Below, in pieces: positions 48,272-62,619 of a DNA stretch of 64,000 nt (the stretch's first letter is position 1; the number at the start of each line of letters is the position of its first letter). Position numbers and translations under genes: made by a program. Source of the DNA: Octopus vulgaris (Eukaryota); NCBI GenBank assembly GCA_951406725.2, contig OX597824.1, forward strand, positions 72,106,001 to 72,170,000. Reading direction: 5' to 3'. A model generated the notes under the pieces. It was not told the origin of the DNA. It made no database searches and was given only the letters and a program-made list of their open reading frames with translations.

Positions 48272-48274
<3 letters not shown>

Positions 48275-49170
48275 GTTATCCCATAAATAATGCAGTTTTT
48301 TTATACTTCTTTTTCTTTTCAATATTAAGATAAACCAAGTTCTTTTTCAGTCTTCATTTTCTACAATGCTCTCTCATCTATCTGGTAGGCTTGTAAGGTC
48401 CCTCTTCCAAAATTCACTTGCCCATGAAGAAAAATACTCCTCGAGTACTGTTCTGACCTCATCTACAGAATTCATATTCTTTCCATCCAAATGATTTTGA
48501 AGACTGCGGGATTAATAATAATCAGATGGGGCAATATCCAGCAATTATGGTGGGTGGGGCAGTGTTTCCCATTCAGACTGCTCTAGCCTTGGAAATGTCA
48601 TCCTCACTGTATGTAGCCAAGCATTATCCTGATAGAACACCTTTTGTCTTGAACACACCCATTCTCTGCGTGTGATTAGACTTGGAGAGTTTGTGAGGAA
48701 CCAATTGACCCAATTTGCTGACTTTTCTGATAGCACATCAGTGTCAATGAATGGGTGAATGACCAAATCCAAGCTTCTCTCCTAGTTCTTCAACAGTTAT
48801 GATGAGATTTTGTTCCACCAGGGTTTGCAGGACATCCTCATCAAGCTGTAGTTTTCAGCTTGGAATTTCTGGAACCACCATTGACACTGTCTTACACTTA
48901 TTGTCTTATTCCCATGTACTGCATTAATATTCCTAACACTTTCCGTTGCGTTTATTGAACTCATAAAGCAAAATTTGCTGAATATGCTCCTTTGTCACTT
49001 CCATTATAGCTTTGAAAAAATAACTGTTAAAATCGACAGCACACTTCAAAAAAGACAAGGCAAAAGTACTACCTGCTTTTATAGCAAGTCCATGCAGGTA
49101 GTTTATCCCTTACCCCTCCAACTTTTAGTTCATGCAATTGAAAAACCCACATTATTCATGGGATAACCCT
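48272..49170 (-). mobile_element. Internally deleted mariner element with TIRs
   Basis: TIRs gggttatcccataaataatg / cattattcatgggataaccc in TA context. MEVTKEHIQQILLYEFNK (N-term); QDNA..H..WETLPHPP..DIAPSDY..RSLQNHLDGK (catalytic region). Confidence 0.85.
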
Positions 49171-50367
49171 ATATGTGTGTGTATATGTAGTATATGCATG
49201 TATGTTTGCGAATTTATGTGTATCTTTGTCTAAGACATCATATGATAGTTGTAAATGAGCATCATTGTCATACCAGCACAGTCATTTGCTTTCAGTCTTC
49301 TGTGAAAATCATGTCTAGGTATGGGAAAATATTACCTTGGTTGGAAACAGGTGGTAGGAAGGGTACCCAACTGTTGAATATCTTCTTCAATAAATTCTAT
49401 CTGAGCTATGCAAACATGAGAAAGTGGATATTAAATAATGGTGGTGACGAAACAATATATAGCTGGTTATGGCATATAACTCAGAATGTTACCATCGGTT
49501 TCAAGGTGAATATTGCCACTATGCCATAACCAGTAATATATTGTTTGATGATGTATAAAATATATCTCTATTACCTATATAGAGAGTGCTTTTATTTCTG
49601 GCTTATATTCATCTAAGTGACCAGTGCTGGTGCCACATGAAAGGCAACCAGTACTACACTCTGTGGAGTGGTTGGTATTAGGAAGAGCATCCAGCCTTAG
49701 AAACCATGTCAGAATGCACAATGGAGCCTGCTGCAGCCCCTGGCCTTACCAGCTCCAGTCAAATCATCAACCCATGCCAGCATGGAAAATGGATGTTAAA
49801 TGATGATGATGACAATATATATATAGTAGATCAGGATTCAAGTGAATCAGGCACTTAAATGGGAATGCACCAGGAAATTGGTAAAAATTGTATGCCTTTA
49901 TAACTTGCATTTGGAAATGAAACATGTCTGATGGGAAATAAATAATGCCAAAAGAATTTTTCCAGTATCTTGTCTTGATATGTAATCACTCTGTAACAAC
50001 TTTTTCAGCACTTATGCATGCATCATGAAAATATAACGGCTACATAAAACTTTGGAGTCCTGGAATATGCAGACGTGCTTCATGAAACAGTTTGGATTAA
50101 AAACTCAACATCACACGCATGCACGCACGCACGCACGCGCACGCACACACACACACACACACACACACTATGATGGGTTTAGTTCACTGGTGACCTAAAC
50201 GAATAGGTACGCTGTGTAAGTTCTATAATTGGTCATCCATTGGGTTCCAAGTTCACAGCTGAGGCTGGAGCTAGGGATCCATAGTAGGCTTCCAAGTTAG
50301 CAGGTGTGTATTAGAGGAAAAAGTACATCTAATTTCCTCCTGCCTTGGTTTTGTTGTCCTTTTCCCC

Positions 50368-50411
<44 letters not shown>

Positions 50412-50420
50412 GTGTGTATA

Positions 50421-50453
<33 letters not shown>

Positions 50454-51026
50454 GGTAAGGTCCAAGGATCACAATATAGGATGTTAGTAAGCTTTGAGCA
50501 ATCTGTAGAAAGTATAAAAAACAACTTTCTCGAATTATAGTGGTTTATTGACTTAGAAGGTTGTAAATTTTTCCAGTATTGAAGTCCAGTAAGCTGATAA
50601 AAGTTATTTTATTGTTCACAGTTAGTAACTGAGGTTGCTGTGTATGCAAATAAAAATCCGAAATTAGCGAATGGATTAGATAAAATCCAGGCTACATGTT
50701 TCATAGCTAGCAGAACCTCAGAAGCAGTAATAACTCAAACAAGGGGTCATCTGCTAGCTACTTGTTGGGCCAAAGATACCTTAATCAGTATCATCATCAT
50801 CGTTTAACGTCAGTTCTCCATGCTAGCATGGGTTGGATGGTTCGACCGGGGATCTGGAAAGCCAGAAGGCTGCACTAGGCTCCAGTCTGATCTGGCAGTG
50901 TTTTTACAGCTTGATGCCCTTCCTAACACCAACGACTCCGTGAGTGTAGTGGGTGCTTTTTACGTGCCAGGCAAGGCTGGCAATGGCCACGATCGGATTG
51001 GTGCATTTTACGTGCCACCGGCACAT

Positions 51027-51325
51027 GCGCCCTTTTCAAGCCTAGCTAGGCTCATGGGCCCGGTTTCCGTGGCGTATGTGCCCCCCCCCCCCAGCTGGAT
51101 GGGATGCCAGTCCATTGCAGCGTTACTCAAGAAACAGGAAGAGAGAGTGAGAGAAAGTTGGGGCGAAAGAGTACAACAGGTGTCGCCACCACCCCCTGCC
51201 GGAGCCTCGTGGAGCTTTAGGTGTTTTCACTCAATAAACACACACAACGCCTGATCTGGGAATTGAAACTGCGATCCTCCAACTGCGAGTCCGCTGCCCT
51301 AACCACTGGACCATTGCGCCTCCAC
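51027..51325 (-). mobile_element. SINE with C head and a V-domain-like tail
   Basis: C head (51130-51325) joined to ctgcaatggactggcatcccatccag...gaaaccggg. Confidence 0.75.
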
Positions 51326-51434
51326 ACACTATATATATATATTGTGTGTATGTATGTATGTGTGTATTACCTATCTTTATCTGTTTCATAGTCCATTGTT
51401 TCTTATATTTAATCTTTAACACCACACTCCTCCT

Positions 51435-51472
<38 letters not shown>

Positions 51473-51693
51473 GTCTCTCAGATATTTCCTTGATACTGTA
51501 TGAGATAGAAGCTAAAGACTATCTGTCTCTCTTTCACTCTGTCCCTCTCTTTATATTTATCTTCCACTCTGTTTGAAACTTGTTTCTCCCTCTCTCTTAT
51601 CTTCTCTGTTTCAATGAATATTGCTTTTTTTCTTGCTTACACTCTACACTCCCTTCTACTGTCCTGTCCACACCCATTATTATTATCATTATT

Positions 51694-51738
<45 letters not shown>

Positions 51739-53115
51739 TATTGATCAGTCTGCTTAGTTATAGCTGCTTGTTTGACTGGTGTCTTCTATACAAACTAAGG
51801 CTTTTCATCTTCTTTTTCCTTCTCCTTTCCCTTTCACTACCATTGACTCTGCCACCACTGTCTACTATGACAGTAACTGTACCACCACCACCGTTGCTAC
51901 CACTTCTCGGAGGTTGCCTGACAGGCTAGAAATAGCAGGTAAATTTCTCAAATTGCACCCTATTGTTTTAAGTAATGACATGTTAGATAATGTAGCCCCA
52001 AAGCATATGCATAGAATATGTAGAATACGAAGGAGGGGTCATGGAAGGAACACATTTGCTCATGGGTTGTCTTGATAATGTTAAAGTAAGAGTCAAACAA
52101 CAAAGATATGAATCCCACCTTCCCTACAACCACTGAGAAGGAGCTAATGGGAAATTCTGTGGCCCTTGAGTCTTTCTGAATGGCACACCAATGGAAAAAC
52201 TACCTTGAATTTTTGGGTTTTTTTTTTTTTTTTTCAGTAAGGGTGGTCTATCTGATGATGAGCTAAATCTCATGCAGCCCATTTATCATAAAAGATTGCT
52301 CATGCCTACTCATTGTGGTCACTCAGCCTTGCAGAAGTAGCGGCCAAAATTCTTCAAATCGCACTCTGTCATCTGAAAAAGACATAACAAAAAGAAAGGA
52401 TTCGTGAACTAATGTAGACTTAGATACACAAAGAACGACCGGCTTGTTATGGTTGAAGTGTTTTTGATCATAGGTTTACTCGTTGAGGGCCAACCCGGGG
52501 CTGTATGACAACAACAATCACCACGACCACCTTGATAGTAGTTATACGATTATCACTTGCATTATGATTATTGTAACCCTACCACCTCTCCCACCATATA
52601 ACGACACCTCTCCTCTTGCTGTGTTACTAGTAACAACCCCACCCCTCTGACTGTGAACAATCCCCACCATAATACTGGTAACAACGTCCCGTACACCATG
52701 TTACTAGTAATAGCAGCATTTAGCCGGCGTTTACTAGCCTGCCTACCTACCTATCTATCTCCCTTCTGAAGGCTAGGCCCGGCAGTACCATATCACAACA
52801 ACAACTGTACACTACCAACTGTGATTGCTACTGCCGTTGTCTAGCTGTGTGCAATTATATACACACACACATTAAAAAATATAACCTCTCTCTCCCTTTC
52901 TTGTTCTCTCTCTCTCTCTATATATATATATATTTCTATGTACGTATACACCCACATATGCATATATAAATACATACACAAAGTTTGTCATTGCATTGTT
53001 AGTATTTAAAACATTTTACTTTGTGAGAGACCAATAAGTGTTGCTATAGTCCAATACACACACACACACACACGCGTATAAATAGATACTAAAATTCATA
53101 AACGCACAAAGACGT

Positions 53116-53164
<49 letters not shown>

Positions 53165-55318
53165 TTATAAATATATATTTATATATATATACATATATAT
53201 ACATATACTGCACATACATTTAGATGTATCTTGAAGATGTATTTAAGGAGTTCAATCTATCTTAGAGTGTTGGTTTCTTAAATACCTGATATTCTTAAAT
53301 AGCAACAAGTGCAACACCTACAACAAAGCTCTTTGGAAGATTTATATACCTTATTTTATTCCTCTTCTTTTTTGGGTTTTTCTCATGTGCAAGCTTTTAC
53401 AGCACTCCAAGTTTTCCTGTTCAAATCTTGACAGGTTACTTACTGCTAATATATATATATAAATACATAAACACACATATAAATCCACCAAGAACAGGAT
53501 TTTTTTTTTACCATACTTCAAGGTTATTATTTTACTGAATTTTTTCTTTGTCTCTTTTATTGGTTTTTCTTTTTAAACCATAAAGCAAGCCCACTTTCTA
53601 AAATATTACAGCAGGTTTATTATTATCATTATTATTGTTAGAAAAAAAAAGTTGAAAAAATGAAAAAAATGTTTTAATAATTTTGCAGCTTTATTGCTAT
53701 ATGTATAAACCATAAGCATATACAGTCTTTGACAGGATAAACATAACTGGTTTGTTTGAAAAAGTAAGCACATATTTGGATATAAGTAATACAATTTTAC
53801 TGGGAGGAAATCACATCAACCACTTGATTGAAGTTCAGAATCTTTATTTTTCTTTTTCCCTTTTTTTAAAAAAAAAATGTTTTAATATAAAACAGGAATA
53901 TGTAATCAGGATAAGCTGCAGCCTTTCACTTGTAAAAATAAACCAAACTCAATTGGATTTACTGGATGTATTCTCACTGGTTTATTGAAGAAAAAGTTCC
54001 TGTCTTAATTAATCGGACAACTTTATTTTACATGTGAAAAAATTTTCAAGTAAACAATCTTGCTTTTTACTTTGTGTTGAATATTCGATAATTTGGAATA
54101 ATCAATTGAACAGATTACCTTCCTCCTCTCATTTGCTGTGAAATATAATCCTTCTTCGTATTGTGACTGAAGACAAGAAAAAGGAAAAACAAAAAAACAA
54201 ACACATGAATAAAAAGCTTCCTGTTTTGACCATATGGGCCTGAGCCACACTACAGTCCAAAGAAAAACCTGGAATGAATTAACAAACACTTATTGCTCGA
54301 ATCATAAACAAACTGAAGGACCTAATCAACAGTGCTGCTATCAACACCATTATTATTACTGTGGCTAATAATAATAATAATGATAATAATAATATAACCA
54401 GCCTCGTAAATTGGATATGAAATTTATATAAAAAAGAAAAGAAGCATTTGTTTTATTTGGATATAGAAGCAGGAAGGTTTTTAGCATTTTTGTATTATTA
54501 TTATTGATGATATATTGGCATTTCTTATTTTGAGAGATAATTTCCTTACATTTAGGTATGAATAATACCAAATAATATTTCAGGTAAGCTTCACTGCCCA
54601 CCCTTTCGTTACCTGTCTTTGATCACTTAACCTCTGCCCTATGGGAGCAGGGGTCAGAATCTACATTGTTGTGTTTATGTTCAGTCAAATGTAGAATTAC
54701 CTTGTTTTTATTTCGCTCTCCCTCTATCTGTCTCTCTCTCTCCTTTCTCTCTCATACACACGAACACAAAATAACCCCTGGCTTTCAGCCAAGGAAGCCT
54801 GTAGTTTTTAACATTTCTCATTCCAACGTCTGTCTCATTCAGACATCTCTTCCTTGTTGCCAGTCCATTTTTCACTACCTTTGTCTTCTATCTTTGTATT
54901 GCTGATTAGCCCCAGATCAGCCTTGGCTACTAAAGATAACCTACGATCACAGGTGTTCCAGCCAGGAACATCCAATATACATTTTTCTTAGCATAGTTTG
55001 TCCAGGACTAGATTACGAAATCTATCTGTATTTTTTTCTTTTGTATTAAAGACAGTAAATTATTCTTTGAGTAAGATTTAGCTATTATTTCTAGCACGTT
55101 GCACAACCATATCAACATTGCTTTGTTATCTTTATTACCACCATCTTCTTCAGTTGCACCAGTAAACTATGTCATTGAGTGTGTGTATATATGTATATGT
55201 GTTTCTATAGTTTCTGTCTGTCTCATTGTCTTCACACGCATACACCCATGCAAACACACACACACCTAAGACCTGTTTTCTGTCTGTCTGCCTATCCAGC
55301 TGACTTGCTGTCATTTAG

Positions 55319-55369
55319 GAGAAGACACTGAACACCTCTCCCCATTCTGACTTAACAGGTATAGAACAG
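55319..55369 (+). CDS. Candidate small cassette exon (51 nt)
   Basis: ctgac branch-like motif, tgtcatttag acceptor and strong CAG|gtaagg donor. Open in phase 0/0 (EKTLNTSPHSDLTGIEQ). No recognised homology. Confidence 0.3.
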
Positions 55370-55406
55370 GTAAGGACACAGCAGAGGTAGAACATGTTTG
55401 TGTGTG

Positions 55407-55444
<38 letters not shown>

Positions 55445-55455
55445 GTACGTATATA

Positions 55456-55500
<45 letters not shown>

Positions 55501-55707
55501 CGTGTGTTATATTTATTTATAGATATCTAGGAAGTACGTATGTATATATATATTGTATGTGTGTGTGTGTATATATGTATGTATAATTTTTAACCATTAC
55601 CATCATTATCACATATTGATTAAGGTATCTTGGAAAAATATGCATGCATATAGATTCTTACAATGTCAAATCATATATTTGTATGTATATGTATGAGTGT
55701 GTGTATG

Positions 55708-55756
<49 letters not shown>

Positions 55757-56584
55757 GTATACATACACACACACATACAGACACGTAAATGTATATTTGT
55801 GTGTGTGTGTGTGTAATCAGAAGTGACAAAGTGACTCAATAGCCAAGAGTTTTGTGTATTGGTACTTACCAAACTGATAAGTGTATTTATATGTATATAT
55901 ATATTTTTTGTGTGTGTTTTATATGTATGTGGTTATGTGCATATGTTTGTATTTATGCCTGTGTATATCTATGTATGAGATACTTATGCTAAATTATATA
56001 CACATACACACATTTGCACAGTATTTTCTAAATGTAATATAGTAAGTAGTAAAACCTCAAAGTACCTGAGATAGTCCCTTTAATTTGAAGACACAAACTC
56101 CCTATAGCATTGTTGAAATGTAAAGAAGAAAAAACTCAATAAGCACATACAAAAACTTCTACAATATCGGCTGATCAAATTTTTGGAAACAGCTTTTCTT
56201 TATCTTAAAATTGCCAACACCCTTAAACTAAGTTTTTGTCTTCAAATTGCAGGGATAAAATTAAAGTTTTTCCACTTACTGTATTTTAAGATTCTAGCAT
56301 ATGAACAGATTACCTTCATACATACATACATACATACACATACTTCCTATATACCATGTGGAATGATAGCTTAAAGTATTTTTCACTTTTTCCCTCTACA
56401 CATACATATAATAAATACATACATATATACACTCGCGGAGTGTTTGGCGTTAGGAAGGGCATCCAGCTGTAGAAACACTGCCAGACCAGACTGGAGCCTG
56501 GGGCAGCCCCTGGCTCCCCAGACCCCTGTCGAAACCGTCCAACCCGTGCTAGCGCGGAAAACGGACGTTAAACGTTGATGATGA

Positions 56585-56623
<39 letters not shown>

Positions 56624-56624
<1 letters not shown>

Positions 56625-57002
56625 TACCAGTATCGCCCGGCATTGCTCGGTTTTGTTTCGACCCATTAGAATTGGAATTTTTGAAAAGTAAAAATTTTGC
56701 ATTATGTAGCTTGTTATTCTCTTTAAGTGAACATTTTTCTGGTTGAAATACACTGAAAAATCAGTCAAAAAATCATAAAAAACTAGGGATTTTCATAGAA
56801 AAAAAGCACCTGTTTGATGTAAATAATTTTTGGTGTTAACATGGTCCGATTTGAATTTTTTCTTCTATGAAATGAAGAGCAAGGCTTCTTCTATTATACT
56901 CTCAATTTTGGTCAACTTACACCACAGGGTCTCGGAGGAGATAGTGTTAGTTGAAGGCTACCAAACCTGCCATTCACAGACAACTTCAGCTTTATATATA
57001 GA
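56624..57002 (-). mobile_element. Non-autonomous Helitron family 1
   Basis: Homologous to 39441-39837; terminal CTAG mutated. Confidence 0.85.
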
Positions 57003-59228
57003 TGTGTGTGTGTGTGTGTGTGTGTGTAGTTATTTATGAGGGATTATCAACCTGGGAAAAATACTTTATAAGCTCTCTTAATACGCCAGGCTAATAATAT
57101 TTTTTAGATTAGTAAAGAACTCAGCATATTCTTGTGGCAGGGTCCGAGGTTATAGTTCACCATTCTTTATTGTAACTCCATGGTTGTATTCCCAGTTATG
57201 CTGGTCTTTAATGTCCACTTTTCCATGTTTCCATGGATCAGATGAGATTCATTGAAGCAGATCTTCTATGGCTGGATGCTCTTCCTGTTGCCAACCCTTA
57301 CCTGCTTCCAAGCAAGACAATATTTCCCCCTAGTTGATCGAATATAAACAGCAGAATGGCTAGACACGTTGTTATGAGATTTCAAACAAATGACACCATT
57401 TGTATAATGGTGGTGCTTGTTTACAACTAGCATGCTGTGTCAAGACATGCACTCGCATACAGGCATGCACCTGCATACAGGCACATGCTCGCATACAGAC
57501 ATGCATATTCACATATAATATGCACACATTCACTCACATGTACACACACACGCACACTCACACATGCAGACACGTACTCAAATGCAAACTTGCTCATACT
57601 CACATGCAAACACACACTCACTCAAATGCTGACACACACATACTTACATACAGACTCATGCATTCACACACACACTTGCATACAGACACAAATTCATATA
57701 CAACACACACAATCTAGACACATGCACACATGCACATAGTCGCATACACACACATTCTCATAAACACACTCTCTCATGTACATACATATTCATAAATGAT
57801 GAGCCTTTTTCAGTGTTTCTATTCTAAAACTGGGATACACATTGTGTGTGTGTGTTTGTGCATGCATGCATGTGTACATTAATTTTATGCCCATCCTTTT
57901 TGCCATGCTGGCATGGATTAGAAGAATACATATTGTTTAAGCATTGTTTTATAACTAGGTGCCCTTCCTGCCACTAATCTTTTCATGTTTTTCTATCAAA
58001 AAATTTTCGTTACACTCCACCTTAAATGATTTGTTAGCAGAGAAGTGATAACAGAATACTGCTATGGTTCAGCAATTTCTCATGTGGTTGCTGGATGTAA
58101 ACCTTCACACAGACACACATGCATGCACTCCCCCACCACACACACACACAGAATGGGCTTTGAGTAGTTTCCATCTAATAAATTCACTTGCCCAAGGTAC
58201 TGTGCTGTGGGACTGAAACTCAAATTACTACTTAGTTGCAAAGTAACCCCACAGCTATGGCTGCATGAGTGTGTGTGTGTATGCATCTGATATCCACACA
58301 CACACACAAAATATTCCATGTGATAAAGGAAAAAAAAAAATGAAAGAATGACTGACTCAAACTTAGATCTGATTCTTCCATTGTCCAAATTTTCCTTGGT
58401 TGCTATTTCCAACCATTATTTTGTCACATCAATAAATACTATTTCATTGCGCATAGATTATAACCTGATAAATATTTCATTTTTTCATCAGTATTCATTT
58501 TCATATATAAGAAATGTGCTGGCAATGGCCTGGAGGTGGAGGCAGGTCTACTGAGGGGCATTTACTCCATGGAAAAACCTAGTAGCATCATTTACAGTTT
58601 CTTACACACTTTTATTATGTAATATGGTATCTAGGAGGATGTTATTCTAAGTTGGTGTTTCCAGTTCACAGCATGACTGTACAAGTAATATATTGAACAC
58701 TTGAACTTTTACACATGTATAGCCATGAATTGACACCTACAACAACCCACGCACCCCTTCTCTCCAACCCTCCGCCATGACACCCCCTCAGTCTCTCCTA
58801 CCATTCCTCCAACCCTTACCTTACTCTTCCTCAAATGTACACTCCCCCTCTCTTTTTGTCTGTTTTCTCTACAGTAAGACACTTTGCCATGAAGAGGCAT
58901 TACCTTACTTGGAAGCAGGCGATGGTTGGCAACAAGAAGGGCCTGCTTCAGCAAATTCCATCTGATCCATGCAAGCATGGAAAAGTGGACATTAAAGTGC
59001 ATGTGTGTAATTGTGTTGAAGTGAATGTGCATGTGTGCCTGCATGTGCATGTGCCTTGATTGTGTGTGTTGTATATGAATTTGCGTCTGTATGCAAGTGT
59101 GTGAGTGAATGCATGAGTCTATGTAAGTATGTGTGTGTCAGCATTTGAGTGAGTGTGAGTATGAGCAAGTTTGCATTTGAGTGTGTGTCTGCATATGTGT
59201 GTGTGTGTGTGTGTGCATGTGAGTGAAT

Positions 59229-59468
59229 GGCGAAAGCGATGTGGTGGACAGCGAAAAACCTGGCTGATGACAGTCAAGGCTGATCTGGAACCCAACCTAG
59301 GCCCCCATGTCTACAGTGTTTGCCGCTGGAATAGCGAGTGGTTGGAGATCACGCGGTCGTTAGCCTCAAATCGCCAGGCCTGGTTGGCGTTTGTGAGAGA
59401 TGCAGCATTGAGGATGAATGAAGCCAACTCAACTCATCCCGAGTGAATGCTGTCTCAAGACAAGACAC
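59229..59468 (+). mobile_element. RTE-clade LINE 3' end (second family)
   Basis: RKRCGGQRKTWLMTVKADLE..GP..RWNSEW..LASNRQAWLAFVRDA..STHPE followed by a (caaga)n tail. Confidence 0.75.
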
Positions 59469-60649
59469 CACTCTCATAAGAAATTACAATTTGGATGATT
59501 CCATTTTCCACAATACACTCCATAACAGCTTCTTTCACTCAACTATTTCCTATGCTGCCCATACTCACTGGCTTCCCAGTATTTCTACTTGAATTGCTTG
59601 TTCCTCCTTTTTCAATATGGCTAATTTCATTTGGATATCGTATATCATTTGCATTTGTTATCCTAGCAAGATATCCGTTTGCCCTGTTTCATTCCCAGTC
59701 CAGGTCAATGTTTTGTACCACACCTATTACTTCTTTCATCTTCAGGTTAGTCTCTGCTACTGCAACAACAACAATGGTAACACCAAAAACTAGACCTACT
59801 GACTGCCATAGTATCATATGATAATAGACTCTGAACACCTTCCCTACATAATGTTATAGGCAACTGGAATTTTGCACTATGCAACCCAGTTTCTGTAAAG
59901 TATGATAGGAGACCGAGCCACTCCCATAGGAAGTTGCTGGCATATTTTTCTGTTTTTACCACTCTTATGAACAGTATTTCCTTCATTTGGAGTGGCTAAA
60001 GTCATACTGACAACACCTCAAGTCAGATGTCCTCCGTCAAGTTGCAGGAGTCAGTAGCAGAGAGTTCCTGTCTCAACTTGGTCATAGTGTCAGTATCATT
60101 CATGGTACCTTTTAAAGATATTGTGTATATATAGCCAAGGCTCTTACATATAATAATATTACTCCAGTCACAAATCTGATCTGTGGTTCACAGCAGGATG
60201 CTTCATAAAAAGCTCCTGATATCATCTGTTGGCTAGATATTTTTCTCCTCATCTGTCTCAACATGTATGTCAGAATTTCTTTGAACCTATCTCTAGCATA
60301 AGGATCTTTCAGTTTCCATACATTACTTCTCCAGATTATCTTCTGACTTGGGTTCCATTTAGTTCTTATGCTAATGTCACTAAACACCAGTCTACATTGA
60401 GTGGTACATTATTTAAAAAAAAACATAGAATTTATATTCACTAGGAACACAATTACAAATACTATCTGACTGACATGTTTACCTATTTGTTAGATAATCA
60501 GCTGGCTGATCAGATTCCTGAAATTTGTATTGCAGATGGTTAGGTCAAATTCGCAATTTATCCAGTACAACCCTGAAACAAGTAAATAGTATTTTCCTAA
60601 ACAATAGATCCACTTATTTTTGTTAGTGACTTATTCACAAATATACCAA

Positions 60650-61108
60650 CACCAGCACCCCTGAGGGTAATATTCTCTGGGAATGCCTAAAAGCCCTTTT
60701 CAGTTATTTACTTTGAATTGATATTATCTCATATCTGATTAGCCTATTATTACATAACATACTTCACGATTTTAGTATACATATCTTATTAGTATTTCCT
60801 CCTATGTTCTGTATACCCTGGGAATGCATTAAAGCCCTTTTCGGGGCTACTTTATTTGAATTCTTACTATCGGGTAACTAATTTTATGTTATTACATAAC
60901 TGACTTCACAATTTGGGTATTCATAACTTATTGGGAATTCGTGAAAAACAAGATCCTGTGTAATAGTTTGGTATACTCTGTAAATGCACAAAAACCATTT
61001 TAAGGGCTTCATACTTTGTATTGTTGTTATTGGATTAGTGAAAAAATTATGAGAATGGAGCCAAGGGATAAGCCCTACTTTCCCAGGAAATACAGGGTAC
61101 GTCAGCTA

Positions 61109-61109
<1 letters not shown>
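60650..61109 (+). mobile_element. Old Helitron-like element with internal ~141-bp tandem repeats
   Basis: ctgggaatgc..aaagcccttttc at 60677 and 60818; 3' end cccaggaaatacagggtacgtcagCTAG|t. Confidence 0.45.
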
Positions 61110-61158
<49 letters not shown>

Positions 61159-62136
61159 TTACTATTATGTTAAACTGTCATGTGTCCAAATTTGGCCAAA
61201 TGCATCTTTTTCAATATTTATTTTTGCTTGCAATAGTCACTTCTTTTGGTCAAATTATTGTATCTGCTTCAGATGCCAAGATATCAAAAATTTTTTTTCG
61301 TTTTCTGAAGAAGCAATGCTTTAGGCTTACAACACTTTTACATAATAGCAACAATATATATATTTGTATATTTGTTGTTTATCTCATAAGAATTTATAAA
61401 CTTTGAAGAAAACATGGAATAATTCTTTTTTGGAATTGATTCTTAATGAACATATGATGGACTCTGCAATTGAAGATGATGTATAGTGTTCGACTTTTAC
61501 CAAATGACCGGCACAAATGATTTCTTTATAGTGATCAAATGTATGTGCTGTTCATTAGCTCACTCCCTCTATCAAATTAGCATTACCTGAACAGGTGCAC
61601 AGTGTACCACGCATCAGGTGTTGAAATGATCGCAGAGCGGTGTGAGATGAAGTGTTTTGCTCAAGAACAAAACACCAATTGTTCTAGGAATTGAAGCCCT
61701 GATCTTGCGATCATGAGTGCAACACCCCGACCACTAGTCCATGCATCCTCACTTAATGAACATGTAACAGTATAAATAATATCATGTACTTTGAGAACCA
61801 ATTCCAATAAAGAATTATTCCATATTCTCTCAAAAGCTTAGAAATTCTTACAATATCAACAACATATAATTCCTGCTGATAAGAATACTGGTTCTAAAAT
61901 GGACAAATTCGATAGATTGATTTGTTACAATGGTAGAACACCTGTCATGTCTTTCAGGAGATGTGGGTTTGAGTCTCATGGGCTGCTTCAACTTTTTCTA
62001 TCCAAAAAGGGTTTTTCAATCCAATTATTTACATACATACTATTATTTATAACTTTATATGTACTTTGGGAACCAGTTCCAAAAAAGAAATGTGTGTGTG
62101 TATATGTATGTGTATATATATATATAGAGAGAGAGA

Positions 62137-62507
62137 GGAAGCGCAATGGCCCAGTGGTTAGGGTAGCAGACTCATGGTCATGGGATTGCGGTTTCGATTC
62201 CCAGACTGGGCGTTGTGAGTGTTTATTGAGCGAAAACACTTAAAGCTTCACAGGCTCCGGTAGTGGGTGGTGGCAGACCCTGCTGTACTCTTTTACCACA
62301 ACTTTCTCTCACTCTTTCTTCCTGTTGTACCTGTATTTTAAAGAGCCAGCCTTGTTGCACTCTGTGTCACACTGAATCTCCCTGAGAACTACGTTAAGAG
62401 TGCACATGTCTATGGAGTGCTCAGCTACTTGCACATTAATTTCATGAGCAGGCTGTTCCATTGATCAAATCAGTTGGAACCCTTGTCGTCATAACTGACA
62501 GAGTGCC
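62137..62507 (+). mobile_element. SINE family C (older)
   Basis: Colinear with the reverse complement of 41407-41790, with CpG decay. Confidence 0.85.
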
Positions 62508-62510
62508 ATG

Positions 62511-62546
<36 letters not shown>

Positions 62547-62619
62547 CACACAGCCTCCATTGCTTCCACTAATTTTATTTTCAATTTACCATGCATGCAT
62601 AAATGTTCAGGTCCTCTCC

